Shown piece after piece: positions 9,970 to 19,437 of a stretch of DNA of 64,000 nucleotides (positions are counted from its first letter, which is position 1; each line of letters opens with the position of its first letter). The notes below the pieces were generated by a model. The model was not told the origin of the DNA and searched no databases. It saw nothing but the letters and a program-made list of their open reading frames with translations. Both the position numbers and the translations under genes were made by a program. This stretch comes from a virus: positions 1 through 64,000 of the IMG/VR virus record IMGVR_UViG_3300043409_000956; one strand, written 5' to 3'.

Positions 9970-10220
9970 GTAAAGGGTCTAGTCCAAGACCATTTAGTGT
10001 TAGTCAAGCGGAATTTGACAATCGGTTTGATGTCATCTTTGGTAAAAAGAATAAAGCCAAAGACATTGACGATTCAACGTTAAACGTGTATAATGATGAA
10101 CGACTAGTGTCAAAGTTTGACAAGATGGTTGTTATGGCGAACGAATACTACGACTTAGAAACGAAAGAAACAGATGAAAGAACTTTGGACGGAAAAGTAC
10201 AGACCCCGGACAGTCAGTGA
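9966..10220 (+). CDS. Hypothetical protein
   Basis: MSKGSSPRPFSV start, ATGA coupling. Confidence 0.6.
   Translation: MSKGSSPRPFSVSQAEFDNRFDVIFGKKNKAKDIDDSTLNVYNDERLVSKFDKMVVMANEYYDLETKETDERTLDGKVQTPDSQ
10066..10094 (+). promoter_or_regulatory. Sigma70-type promoter for the clamp loader (inside the upstream ORF)
   Basis: TTGACG-17 nt-TATAAT. Confidence 0.65.
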
Positions 10221-11097
10221 TTATGTATTCACCGACACCAATCAAAAACAAATTGTTGAGTCGTGGGTTAAGGAAGGTACTATACCGCACATACTGTTAA
10301 GTGGTAGTCCTGGCACAGGCAAGACCACACTGGCTAAGGTGTTGATTAACGAATTGGGCATTGATGAGTTTGATGTGCTACAGATCAATGCTAGTCGTGA
10401 CAACGGTGTAGACTTTATCAAGAAGAGTGTGGAAGGCTTTGTGCAGACCATGCCGTTTGGCCGGTTTAAAGTTGTACTAATGGACGAGGCCGACTACTTG
10501 AGTCCACCGGCACAGGGCATCATGCGTGGACTATTAGAGACCTACGCAAGCCAAGCTCGCTTTATCTTTACTTGTAATATGCCACACAAGATCATGGATG
10601 CGCTACACAGTCGTTGCCAAAGTTTCCACATTGACAAAAGCGATGTAACTGAGTTTACTGCTAGGGCCGCAACAGTATTGGTCACAGAAGGTATGGAGTT
10701 TGATCTAGATACTCTTGACAGTTATGTCAAAGCTACATACCCAGACTTGCGTAAGTGTTTGAACTTGTTACAAAGCAACACAACAACCGGTGCATTGAAC
10801 CGACCCAGCGAAAATGATCGCGGAGTCAAAGACTGGAAATTGGAAGCAGTTAACTTTATGAAACTGGGTGCTATCCGTCAAGCCCGTAGTGTAATTTGCA
10901 CACAGGCCGCAGTAGAAGACATCAACGAAATGTTTCGCTGGATGTACGACAATCTTGAAATGTGGAGCAAGACTCCCGAAGGTCAAGACGAGGCCATACT
11001 GGCCATACGCAAAGGAATGGTTAACCACTCAATGGTTGCCGATCCGGAAATCAACTTGAGTGCAACCTTAGTGGAGTTATGTCAAATTGACAAATAA
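10174..11097 (+). CDS. Clamp loader AAA+ subunit (RFC small subunit/T4 gp44-like)
   Basis: LWTEKYRP, Walker A GSPGTGKTT, INAS, Walker B MDEAD and SRC motifs. Confidence 0.93.
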   Translation: MKELWTEKYRPRTVSDYVFTDTNQKQIVESWVKEGTIPHILLSGSPGTGKTTLAKVLINELGIDEFDVLQINASRDNGVDFIKKSVEGFVQTMPFGRFKVVLMDEADYLSPPAQGIMRGLLETYASQARFIFTCNMPHKIMDALHSRCQSFHIDKSDVTEFTARAATVLVTEGMEFDLDTLDSYVKATYPDLRKCLNLLQSNTTTGALNRPSENDRGVKDWKLEAVNFMKLGAIRQARSVICTQAAVEDINEMFRWMYDNLEMWSKTPEGQDEAILAIRKGMVNHSMVADPEINLSATLVELCQIDK

Positions 11098-11464
11098 ACA
11101 CGACATTTATCTAGTGGCCTTTTACGGCATGAAACCACGCAAGGGTGTCAACACATCTGTCAAGGGTTGGATGGCGGATAAGAACAACTTGCAGTATGAT
11201 GAGAAGGTAGAGATTACACGGGGGCAAAAGAAAAGCAGTTCTCTTGCCAATGTGATTTTGAACCTGAGTCAAAAGAGTGTTGAGCGCAACACATTCAATG
11301 ACGACAGAGATTTTAAAAGTTTCTTTAAATATTATTTTGGTGGGTACGACCAATACATCACCGCAGTAATGAAACAACTCGACCCCACTTATCTAACAGC
11401 AATATTGGATGAGTTAGAAGCAGAAATGAAAGAAGCTCAAGCCAATGAGCAACCTGCCCAGTAA
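11087..11464 (+). CDS. Hypothetical protein
   Basis: 125-aa ORF overlapping both neighbours. Confidence 0.65.
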   Translation: MTNKHDIYLVAFYGMKPRKGVNTSVKGWMADKNNLQYDEKVEITRGQKKSSSLANVILNLSQKSVERNTFNDDRDFKSFFKYYFGGYDQYITAVMKQLDPTYLTAILDELEAEMKEAQANEQPAQ

Positions 11465-12629
11465 GACATTTTGCATCCTGCCGTGGACGCACTTCTTCCA
11501 TGACCCAACGGGCAAAATAAAACCCTGTTGTGCGGCTACTGGTGATTTTGGGAACATACGAGACTTCACTGATGCTGATAGTGTAGCCAACACTGAAGCA
11601 ATGCGTCAAGTACGTGTCGACATGTTAGCAGGCAAAGAACCCCGGGCCTGCGCTGGATGCTATCAAGAAGAGTCGCATGGTATTCCTAGTTTTCGTAGTG
11701 CAAAAAATCAAGACATTGATCATTTAAGCATTAATGTTGATGGTCTACTAACAAAAACTTCCGCAGATGGGCATTTGCAAGACTTTGCCATGCAGTACTG
11801 GGACATACGTTTCTCGAATATTTGCAATTTAAAATGTCGTATGTGCGGTCCTGATTACAGTCATACATGGGGCAGTGATTCTGTTGCAATGTATCACAAG
11901 CCTGCTAAAACAAACTATGTTATTCATGCACTTGACGAACAAGTAGATATGCTACGCTATGGCAATTTAAGTCAACTCAAAGAGGTTTATTTTGCAGGAG
12001 GCGAAAGTCTATTTCAACAAGAACATTGGGAGTTGTTGGATCAATTAATCGCATTAGGTCTAACAGATATTAGATTAACATACACCACCAATTTGACCAA
12101 GTTGCAATTTGGGCAACGTCGACTAGAAGAATATCTAAAGCACTTTACCAATGTGCTGTTTATTGTCAGCGTGGATGCAACCGAACAGTTGGGAGAATAT
12201 ATACGTTCGGGATTGGACTGGAATCTACTGTTAAACAACATCAAAACAATAAAACAGTTTCCGGGTGTGAAGATCAAGTTTAACTGTGTGGTCAGTGTGT
12301 ATAATATCTTATACTTGGATCAAATGTTAGATTTTGCTTACATCCACGGCAATGCATTTGACCCAATTGATTTAACTCCTTGCCATCATCCGGTAGAATT
12401 AAACATTACAAATTTGCCACCAGAATTAAAAGAATTAAGTAAGCAACGTATACAATCTAGTCCACACTATGGCAAACAACAGATACGAATAAATGGAATT
12501 CTTAGTTACATAAACGAACCCCCGCAATCAACGTGGGATAGCACTATACAATTTACAAATAAACTTGATCAACTTAGGAATGAAAGTGTACTAGTGGTAG
12601 TACCAGAATTCGAGCAGTATTGGAAGTAA
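11445..12629 (+). CDS. Radical SAM protein with an N-terminal SPASM/twitch-like domain
   Basis: CNLKCRMC and YFAGGE motifs; N-terminal FCILPW...PCC...CAGC. Confidence 0.88.
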   Translation: MSNLPSKTFCILPWTHFFHDPTGKIKPCCAATGDFGNIRDFTDADSVANTEAMRQVRVDMLAGKEPRACAGCYQEESHGIPSFRSAKNQDIDHLSINVDGLLTKTSADGHLQDFAMQYWDIRFSNICNLKCRMCGPDYSHTWGSDSVAMYHKPAKTNYVIHALDEQVDMLRYGNLSQLKEVYFAGGESLFQQEHWELLDQLIALGLTDIRLTYTTNLTKLQFGQRRLEEYLKHFTNVLFIVSVDATEQLGEYIRSGLDWNLLLNNIKTIKQFPGVKIKFNCVVSVYNILYLDQMLDFAYIHGNAFDPIDLTPCHHPVELNITNLPPELKELSKQRIQSSPHYGKQQIRINGILSYINEPPQSTWDSTIQFTNKLDQLRNESVLVVVPEFEQYWK

Positions 12630-12638
12630 GGAAGTAAT

Positions 12639-12962
12639 ATGAAAAAGTTTCACATGAGGGATGCCGGCGAACGAGGCTGGTTTATAGGTCAATTTGACCG
12701 TGCAGTTTTTAAAACTGATGCTTGCGAAGTGGCGTTTCAAACCAACTATAAGGGTGAAGTCAGCGAACCACACTATCATCGAGTTGCCACAGAAGTCAAT
12801 TTGATTACTCGTGGTCTGGTTAGAATCAACGGTGAGATGTATACCGCGGGACAAGGCGTAGTTTTTCATCCGGGCGATGTTGCTGAATGCGAATACTACG
12901 AAGATACTGACACCTTGGTAGTAAAAATGCCCGGAGTGCTGAACGATAAATATATAGTATGA
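12639..12962 (+). CDS. Cupin-fold protein
   Basis: PHYHRVATEVN cupin metal-binding motif. Confidence 0.7.
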   Translation: MKKFHMRDAGERGWFIGQFDRAVFKTDACEVAFQTNYKGEVSEPHYHRVATEVNLITRGLVRINGEMYTAGQGVVFHPGDVAECEYYEDTDTLVVKMPGVLNDKYIV

Positions 12963-13198
12963 GCTATTTAAAAGACATGTACAAGATCAAGAAGAAGCGG
13001 CCCGTGGACCCCAATGCACCACCGCGTCCAAATTTGATGACACACGAAGTTAAACTTCGCACAGCACAACAAACCATTGATGCAATGGAAACACAGGTGC
13101 GTGTAATGGCCGCACGAGTTGAAGCACTTGAAGCCAAGGCCCGTAGTCAAACACAATATCTGCAGGCCTTACACGACCAAGTTTCCAAACGCCGATAA
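12959..13198 (+). CDS. Hypothetical coiled-coil protein
   Basis: 79-aa ORF with heptad pattern. Confidence 0.65.
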   Translation: MSYLKDMYKIKKKRPVDPNAPPRPNLMTHEVKLRTAQQTIDAMETQVRVMAARVEALEAKARSQTQYLQALHDQVSKRR

Positions 13199-13202
13199 AC
13201 GG

Positions 13203-13231
13203 TTGACTCGAAAAGGTATCTTTAGTATACT
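13203..13231 (+). promoter_or_regulatory. Sigma70-type early promoter
   Basis: TTGACT-17 nt-TATACT, followed by an AAGGAG RBS. Confidence 0.75.
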
Positions 13232-13259
13232 AGTGGCTTAATAACAAAAAGGAGCCACA

Positions 13260-13538
13260 ATGTTATTCAATGCTGTCCCAAGTAGTACTTTGTATTTAAA
13301 AGTAAACTTCAAGCGTAAACCTTACTCAAACACCATAAACACCCTGCGTATTGTAGCACACACATTCGCAGAATTTACTGCCAACAAAGCCCTGTTTCTA
13401 GTAGATTTAAACCCCGACAACGCCACTTTAGCCCAAATAAATGCAGTCGTAGAAACTCTGCGTGTTCGTGCTAATGCTCTTAATACCAAAGTATTAATGC
13501 CCAATGCCGTTTACAACAAGCTCGCCCTGCGAGAGTAA
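13260..13538 (+). CDS. Hypothetical early protein
   Basis: Strong RBS and its own promoter. Confidence 0.7.
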   Translation: MLFNAVPSSTLYLKVNFKRKPYSNTINTLRIVAHTFAEFTANKALFLVDLNPDNATLAQINAVVETLRVRANALNTKVLMPNAVYNKLALRE

Positions 13539-13575
13539 CACTATAGTAGTACTACAAAAGTACTACTTCTTCCAT

Positions 13576-13604
13576 TTGACACCAAATGGAATCTTTTGTA
13601 TAAT
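13576..13604 (+). promoter_or_regulatory. Perfect-consensus sigma70 early promoter
   Basis: TTGACA-17 nt-TATAAT. Confidence 0.88.
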
Positions 13605-13634
13605 AGTGGCATAGTAAGTAAAAAGGAGCCCGTA

Positions 13635-13892
13635 ATGAAGACCAGCACAATCGAACAGTATGTTAAACAGAAAAATGCATGGAACTCAATCTTTGGTAAA
13701 AAAGAGCTCAGTCTGCTCAACACCAGTGATCGTCAGCGTATTGCTGATATGCTTGGGTCAGACCTTAGTCCCGAGAACCTAACTTGCGATGGCGAAGTGC
13801 GTGGCAGTGCATTACAGCAAAAGGCTCGCTTCTTGAACCGTGCCGCAGAAGAATTGCTCAGTATTGATTCTAACCTTGTTGTGGAGTATTAA
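13635..13892 (+). CDS. Hypothetical early protein
   Basis: AAGGAG RBS before ATG 13635; LSPENLTCDGE motif. Confidence 0.7.
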   Translation: MKTSTIEQYVKQKNAWNSIFGKKELSLLNTSDRQRIADMLGSDLSPENLTCDGEVRGSALQQKARFLNRAAEELLSIDSNLVVEY

Positions 13893-13893
13893 A

Positions 13894-14037
13894 ATGAAAA
13901 TTATCTATAATAGCATATTGTCAGGTTGGTTTATTGTGCGTGGAGCACATCAAACCCCAATCAGTGGTCGATTCGACACTCGAGAATTGGCCCTGGCACA
14001 CCTGCGTAGACGCAACCCTTTACATACTGGAGTCTAA
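13894..14037 (+). CDS. Small hypothetical protein
   Basis: MKIIYNSILSGWFIVRG...; GGAG RBS. Confidence 0.6.
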   Translation: MKIIYNSILSGWFIVRGAHQTPISGRFDTRELALAHLRRRNPLHTGV

Positions 14038-14038
14038 A

Positions 14039-14254
14039 ATGAACCCGTCAGTACAAATTTCGTTGAACCGTATAGGAGATCGAGAAATCTCTACTGTGTT
14101 GTTGTACAGATTTGACAACGAACCCCGGGTGTGGGAGACTTGTATTTTTGAAGATAATGGCAACTCGGATGTTGTGGCTCGCTATGCTACCGAAGCAGAG
14201 GCCATTGCAGGTCACAATAAAATCTTTATGAATGAAATAACAGCAGAGGTATAA
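14039..14254 (+). CDS. Small hypothetical protein
   Basis: MNPSVQISL...; GGAG RBS. Confidence 0.6.
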   Translation: MNPSVQISLNRIGDREISTVLLYRFDNEPRVWETCIFEDNGNSDVVARYATEAEAIAGHNKIFMNEITAEV

Positions 14255-14256
14255 TC

Positions 14257-14925
14257 ATGGCCAAGCAAGATTTTCCAAAATTTGAAACTGCAGAAGTGCT
14301 GGCTGTAGCACAGGCCATCTTCAGACTTGAAGGTAACAAGATAAATCGCGGTGACTTTGACTTTGTGACCAAGAAGCCGCAGGTGTCCAGCAAAGAGCGT
14401 ATTGTTGCACATTTCAACAATACCACCTCAATTGCAGTAACTGATGCCGATTGCGAGACAGCCAGTACCATTGCTGGTTACATACAACAACGAGTGATCA
14501 TGGACACCTTGATGCAAAAAGAAATCAGTGATTTTATTGCAGACATCAATACCATTGTCAGCAGAGAACATGTACACCAATTTGACCTGGGCCGTGTGGT
14601 ATGGGCACCCAAGTTGTATGCCGACATGTTGCAACAAAGCAATAACCAAGAAGACATTGCTCAGTATGCCATCACCAGCGGGTATGTGGGTCGGGTCAAA
14701 GAAAAGATCGAATTAGATTTTACGGTGATCAGTGCCAAGTACAATCGTGAATACGAATGCTTTAGGCACCTGGGACACGATGGTGCAGGAAACTTGATTG
14801 GCTTTTTAAATAAAAAATCAATCAGTAATGGACGCATACAGGGCCGTGTCAAGTCACAGGCCATCAGCAAGTACAACAACAATGGCAAGGTAACTTATCT
14901 CAACTATGTTAAGGAATTGGAGTAA
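14257..14925 (+). CDS. Hypothetical protein (possible C-terminal OB-like domain)
   Basis: 222-aa ORF; YVGRVKEKI...TYLNYVK. Confidence 0.65.
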   Translation: MAKQDFPKFETAEVLAVAQAIFRLEGNKINRGDFDFVTKKPQVSSKERIVAHFNNTTSIAVTDADCETASTIAGYIQQRVIMDTLMQKEISDFIADINTIVSREHVHQFDLGRVVWAPKLYADMLQQSNNQEDIAQYAITSGYVGRVKEKIELDFTVISAKYNREYECFRHLGHDGAGNLIGFLNKKSISNGRIQGRVKSQAISKYNNNGKVTYLNYVKELE

Positions 14926-14928
14926 CAC

Positions 14929-15303
14929 ATGGGCTTAGACATGTACGCATACACTGCCGCCAAAGCAGAGGCAGACTATGAAACAGAACAGCGTGAAATT
15001 GCATACTGGCGCAAGCATCCTAACCTGCATGGTTGGATGGAACAGTTGTGGCGATACAAAATGCAAGCAGACAATCGTGATCCAGATCAGCACACCTTCA
15101 ATGGCATTGAGCTAGAACTTGACTGGCAGGACATGGACGAACTTGAACGGGATATCAATGAAGGCAAGTTGCCCGAAACCTCAGGATTCTTTTTTGGCAA
15201 CGATGCAGACGAGCATTATAAAGAAACGGATCTTGCATTCGTTAAACGGGCCCGAGCAGAGTTGTTCTTGGGGTTGAAAGTGTTTTATAATAGCAGTTGG
15301 TAA
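14929..15303 (+). CDS. Conserved hypothetical phage protein
   Basis: MGLDMY...YWRKHPNLHGWM...GFFFG...YNSSW pattern. Confidence 0.75.
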   Translation: MGLDMYAYTAAKAEADYETEQREIAYWRKHPNLHGWMEQLWRYKMQADNRDPDQHTFNGIELELDWQDMDELERDINEGKLPETSGFFFGNDADEHYKETDLAFVKRARAELFLGLKVFYNSSW

Positions 15304-15764
15304 TGAAAAAAATCTTTTACGAAAAACGGGGCCGCAGATATTATCCTGTATCTGAGTATGACAGTAACCTTATAGATGGGTTGCCCAAAGGCACACATCT
15401 TGTTGATGTCTACCCCGGTGGACAATCAACTCGTTACAATGTTGATCCCAACCATGCGGCCTTGATTGCGGCAGGCCGTGTGGCAGAAGATGCCATGTGT
15501 CGGGCTCTGCACAACGCCAGTGAAATTCGACCAACAACCAGAGCTCTTACACCGGAACAACGCAAAGCCTGGAATCAATTGATCCGGGTATTTGGTGAAG
15601 ATGCTAGGTGTTTAAGCAGGGCAAGTAGTCGTGACATTGCCGAAGCAGGCATTAAGGCCTTGCAAACAGAAGCAGATCAATTGATGACGCACGAAAGTGT
15701 CAGGCAGGCATTCGATCATTTTCAGTTGGTGTGTATGCTTACAAAGGAGCAAAAAAATGAGTGA
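15303..15764 (+). CDS. Hypothetical phage protein
   Basis: MKKIFYEKRGRRY start, TAATG coupling. Confidence 0.7.
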   Translation: MKKIFYEKRGRRYYPVSEYDSNLIDGLPKGTHLVDVYPGGQSTRYNVDPNHAALIAAGRVAEDAMCRALHNASEIRPTTRALTPEQRKAWNQLIRVFGEDARCLSRASSRDIAEAGIKALQTEADQLMTHESVRQAFDHFQLVCMLTKEQKNE

Positions 15765-16017
15765 AGTAACTTGTAGAGATTGTGTTCATAATACAGCCAA
15801 TTGGTTGGATCGACTACTCAATACCAATTATTATTTCTGGAACTGTAAGTTGACTTGGAGAGAACCCGAGTACAATCCAGTTAACGGAACAACCAGCAAA
15901 GGTCGTTATGAGAGTTGCAATGTTGCCCGTGTGCGAGAAGAAATATGTGGCAAGGGTGCCAAAGCTTGGCAACCACGCGGCAAGAACAACTTTCTTGTTT
16001 ATTTAAAAAGGATCTGA
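15757..16017 (+). CDS. Cys-rich hypothetical protein
   Basis: CRDC...C...C...C; AAGGAG RBS. Confidence 0.65.
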   Translation: MSEVTCRDCVHNTANWLDRLLNTNYYFWNCKLTWREPEYNPVNGTTSKGRYESCNVARVREEICGKGAKAWQPRGKNNFLVYLKRI

Positions 16018-16018
16018 C

Positions 16019-16246
16019 ATGGATGCTAAAGATTTTATTAACGATATCGAAATTGGCATGAAGGGACTTGGGGAATTTGAAGTACAAATTGAAATCCCCG
16101 AAAATTTCACCTTCTACGGAGAGGTACCTTATACCATGCACATTGTAAACAGAACTGCATTAGTAACTGTTCCTGCGTCAAGTGTGGAACAAGCTCGGGA
16201 ATTGGCTCTAGCATACTTTGCAGGTGGGGTAGATCTAGATGAGTAA
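16019..16246 (+). CDS. Hypothetical protein
   Basis: 75-aa ORF in operon. Confidence 0.6.
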   Translation: MDAKDFINDIEIGMKGLGEFEVQIEIPENFTFYGEVPYTMHIVNRTALVTVPASSVEQARELALAYFAGGVDLDE

Positions 16247-16481
16247 TCTAACACGATACTTCGAGCGTAGAGATGCAGACTTGCCTAAGCCCCGGTACAA
16301 CTCCGGAGATAGGGTGTTTGGGCACTGGAATCGGATTCCTTTCATTGGAAGTGTGGTTCGAGAGATAGCACCCTTGGCGATGATACAAGTTGACTTGCCC
16401 ATCAAGTATGAAGGTACTGTACACAATATCATCTCTCCTCGTCTCAAAGATATCAAACGATTGGTGGTCGTGGGTGACTGA
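16239..16481 (+). CDS. Hypothetical protein
   Basis: 80-aa ORF overlapping its neighbour. Confidence 0.6.
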   Translation: MSNLTRYFERRDADLPKPRYNSGDRVFGHWNRIPFIGSVVREIAPLAMIQVDLPIKYEGTVHNIISPRLKDIKRLVVVGD

Positions 16482-16797
16482 AGATCAAGAACACATGTGG
16501 GCCATGTTGAAATCAGAGCCACAAAAATTATGCCATGCATGGGCAGATCAACTAGTGGCTTGCAAGTCTGACGCAAAAGCAATGAACGCATTGGCAGATG
16601 ATTTTGTATACTACATGCTAGATCGATTTAGTCATGTTGATACTTGTAGGGTCATAAAGACTTGGTTGACTGTGTACAAACTGCCCATCGAACCAGAGCA
16701 TATTACAAGTTTTACTCGGTTTCATGTCAATTGTGGTCAATTTGTCGTAGACCATGCTGAGACCATAACTGCGTTTGAAAGGAAACAAAATGGATGA
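16474..16797 (+). CDS. Hypothetical protein (start uncertain)
   Basis: Likely GTG start overlapping the upstream stop. Confidence 0.55.
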   Translation: MTEDQEHMWAMLKSEPQKLCHAWADQLVACKSDAKAMNALADDFVYYMLDRFSHVDTCRVIKTWLTVYKLPIEPEHITSFTRFHVNCGQFVVDHAETITAFERKQNG

Positions 16798-16984
16798 CCG
16801 TGATGCTATCAAGCAACGCATGGCTGAACTCATGCAACCCATACATCAACAAATTCTAATGTGTGATGATCGTAAAGATCAATTGATGATGGCCAGTGCC
16901 ATGTTGATAGCGGCCAAGGACCTGTTTGATCTCCATATTGGAGAATCAGGTCGACGAACAATGTTTAAGGACATGCTAAAATGA
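16790..16984 (+). CDS. Hypothetical protein
   Basis: AAGGA RBS; MDDRDAIKQRM start. Confidence 0.6.
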   Translation: MDDRDAIKQRMAELMQPIHQQILMCDDRKDQLMMASAMLIAAKDLFDLHIGESGRRTMFKDMLK

Positions 16985-17565
16985 AAGATAGAATTATACT
17001 TGTAGATGCTGATGGTGTGCTACTCAATTGGGAGTACGCATTTGCTGTCTGGATGGAAACACACGGATTCAACAAAGTTCCCGGCAGTGATTTCAATTAC
17101 AACATCGGAGAACGATACGGGATTGGACATGACCAAGGTCGTAAGTTGATCAAGATCTTCAATGAAAGTGCCGCAATTGGATTCTTACCTCCGTTACGTG
17201 ATGCCATGTACTATGTGAAACGACTACATGAAGAACACGGCTATGTGTTTCACTGTATCACTAGTCTAAGTCTAGATCCTGCCGCCGGCAAACTGCGTGA
17301 AATGAACCTTGCCAAACTGTTTGGTAAAACAGCATTTGAACGAGTTGTGTGTCTTGACACTGGTGCTGATAAAGATGAAGCACTTGAACCATATGAGAAT
17401 ACCGGTTGTTGGTGGGTAGAGGACAAGCCCGAAAATGCCATGGTTGGTCACAATTTGGGCTTGCGTAGTATACTAATAGAGCATGGTCACAATATGCACT
17501 TCTATCATGATGCTATTCCTGTTGTAAAAAACTGGCGACAGTTGTACGAACTAGTGACTGCCTAA
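16981..17565 (+). CDS. HAD-superfamily phosphatase, 5'(3')-deoxyribonucleotidase-like
   Basis: ILVDADGVLLNW (motif I), ITS (motif II) and WVEDK (motif IV). Confidence 0.82.
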   Translation: MKDRIILVDADGVLLNWEYAFAVWMETHGFNKVPGSDFNYNIGERYGIGHDQGRKLIKIFNESAAIGFLPPLRDAMYYVKRLHEEHGYVFHCITSLSLDPAAGKLREMNLAKLFGKTAFERVVCLDTGADKDEALEPYENTGCWWVEDKPENAMVGHNLGLRSILIEHGHNMHFYHDAIPVVKNWRQLYELVTA

Positions 17566-18527
17566 GTACCGCACTCAGTGTTACATTGGGTGAGTTGGTC
17601 TCCGGACCAGCTTTCCTTGACTAAATTAAACCACTCAATAGCCTGTTCTATGCCAACTTCAAGTGCATTGTTACTAGCCGGCAACATTTCTAAAATGCGA
17701 TCATTGCCCAAATGATACATGGTACGTGGATAAAATCCCAACCAACAACAGGGACTTACTTCGCCTGTGGCTGATACATACACTGATCGCTTGGTAACAC
17801 TTTTACAACTAATTTTTTTTGGTGTTACTGGTAGACTACGTTTACCATCACGTCCATCGGAGTGTATCCATAATACTCGTTCAAATGCCACAGGTTGATC
17901 ATGTGAGCCTATGTGATGTCGGAACCTACCTTTTTGATCAAACACTGGAAAAGCATTGCGCCCATGATCAACAAACTCAAAATGCTTAAATCCCATTTGC
18001 TGACTTAACTTATAGCAATCCTGCTCTTGATGCTGGTTGTGATCAAACTTAATCATCTTCCATACAGCGTAGCCACCAGCTTGTATAAAGGCCAAGGCGT
18101 TGTCTATAACCGTGGCCCACTTGGTTTGCTGTCGATATAACTCATGAGTGCCTTCTAATCCGTCAAGACAAAATCTCACAATCACATTCAAGTGTGCTAA
18201 TTCAGCCCAAATGTCAGATTTAATACCAGCGTTTGTACTAATATCAATTATCAGTTGTTTATTATGTTGTCTAAAGTATTTCACAATTGCTAGGCCTTCA
18301 CGAGCTGTAATAAAGTCGCCTAAATTTCCGTTGATGTTTATTGCTGTTAACTGTTTAAGAAATTGGGGGGTGAATATTTGTTCCGCTTCAGCCAATGTCA
18401 TGTCATGAAGAGGAAAATCGTCGATTACATCAACACCGCATAAATTACGAGGACAACCAGGACAAGCGGCGTTGCACCTGGTTGATATTTCTAAATGAAC
18501 ATGTCGGATGTCGGAATATGTGTACAT
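17562..18527 (-). CDS. Radical SAM protein with a C-terminal SPASM/twitch-like domain
   Basis: CNAACPGC; C-terminal C...GEVSPCC...C..C. Confidence 0.87.
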   Translation of the reverse strand: MYTYSDIRHVHLEISTRCNAACPGCPRNLCGVDVIDDFPLHDMTLAEAEQIFTPQFLKQLTAININGNLGDFITAREGLAIVKYFRQHNKQLIIDISTNAGIKSDIWAELAHLNVIVRFCLDGLEGTHELYRQQTKWATVIDNALAFIQAGGYAVWKMIKFDHNQHQEQDCYKLSQQMGFKHFEFVDHGRNAFPVFDQKGRFRHHIGSHDQPVAFERVLWIHSDGRDGKRSLPVTPKKISCKSVTKRSVYVSATGEVSPCCWLGFYPRTMYHLGNDRILEMLPASNNALEVGIEQAIEWFNLVKESWSGDQLTQCNTECGT

Positions 18528-18539
18528 CCAATACTTATA

Positions 18540-19292
18540 TTAGATCTCCTTGTAAATCTTTAAAATTTCCAGTACAGCAGGGTGGCGCTGAATATCGCGT
18601 CCCCCAAATTCTATACCTGCAACATAATGACAGGACTCATACTCTTTTACTAGCCTCTTAAAATCTAGTAATCCGTTTTCGCTCTCACGGCGGTCGGTTT
18701 GTTGAGTATCGCCTGTAACAACTAGTTTGCTTCCTTCACCAAGTCGTGTCAACAGCATTTTCATTTGGTTTGGTGTGGCATTCTGCATTTCGTCAGCAAT
18801 GATCCACGCATTTTTAAATGTCCGTCCACGCATGTATGCTAGGGGAGAAATCTCAATCAACTGGTCTTCTAGCATAGCATTGATGTCCTGAGGTCTATAA
18901 TATTCTCCAATGTAGTCCATTATAGGTCTAGTCCATGGTGCCATTTTGGCATTAAGATCCCCCGGAAGGAATCCATGCTCTTCATCATCCACGCCAACGG
19001 CAGGGCGTGTAACAATGATCTTTGTACACTCGCCTGTTTGGTAGGCCTTCAATGCGGCCAATACAGCCATCATTGTTTTGCCAGTACCGGCAGGGCCAGT
19101 AGCAAATACTATTAATTTATCGGGATTGTCCAGTAACTCTATATAATCTTCTTGGGTGCGAGTTCTAGGTACTAAATGAACTTTGCGCGGTTGCTTCCTG
19201 TAATTATCTAGTTGAAGTGGTTTGTTTACTACAGTTGGCAGGGGATCTTGAAATTGCTGAGCCAGAGCTCGGTTATTACGCCGTTTAGACAA
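18540..19292 (-). CDS. phoH: PhoH-family ATPase
   Basis: GPAGTGKT, TRPAV, GFLPGDL, PLAYMRGRTF, DEMQN, LTRLG and GDTQQTD motifs; probable TTG start at 19292 after AAGGAG. Confidence 0.95.
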   Translation of the reverse strand: MSKRRNNRALAQQFQDPLPTVVNKPLQLDNYRKQPRKVHLVPRTRTQEDYIELLDNPDKLIVFATGPAGTGKTMMAVLAALKAYQTGECTKIIVTRPAVGVDDEEHGFLPGDLNAKMAPWTRPIMDYIGEYYRPQDINAMLEDQLIEISPLAYMRGRTFKNAWIIADEMQNATPNQMKMLLTRLGEGSKLVVTGDTQQTDRRESENGLLDFKRLVKEYESCHYVAGIEFGGRDIQRHPAVLEILKIYKEI

Positions 19293-19437
19293 ATGTTTCT
19301 CCTTATGGTTAACGCTGAAAATGTTTGAACTTTGCATCTTTGCGTAACTGGCAGTTGATGCCAGCTACAAAGATATTTAAGGAGCGGGGCCGGTGCCAAT
19401 TAACGGCATGTTTAAATTTATAAAACAGGCATAAGTA

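Noticed and set aside
19346-19370. Hairpin upstream of phoH as a riboswitch or pho box
   Set aside because: It is a single stem-loop with no recognisable aptamer or PhoB direct repeat; support is insufficient.
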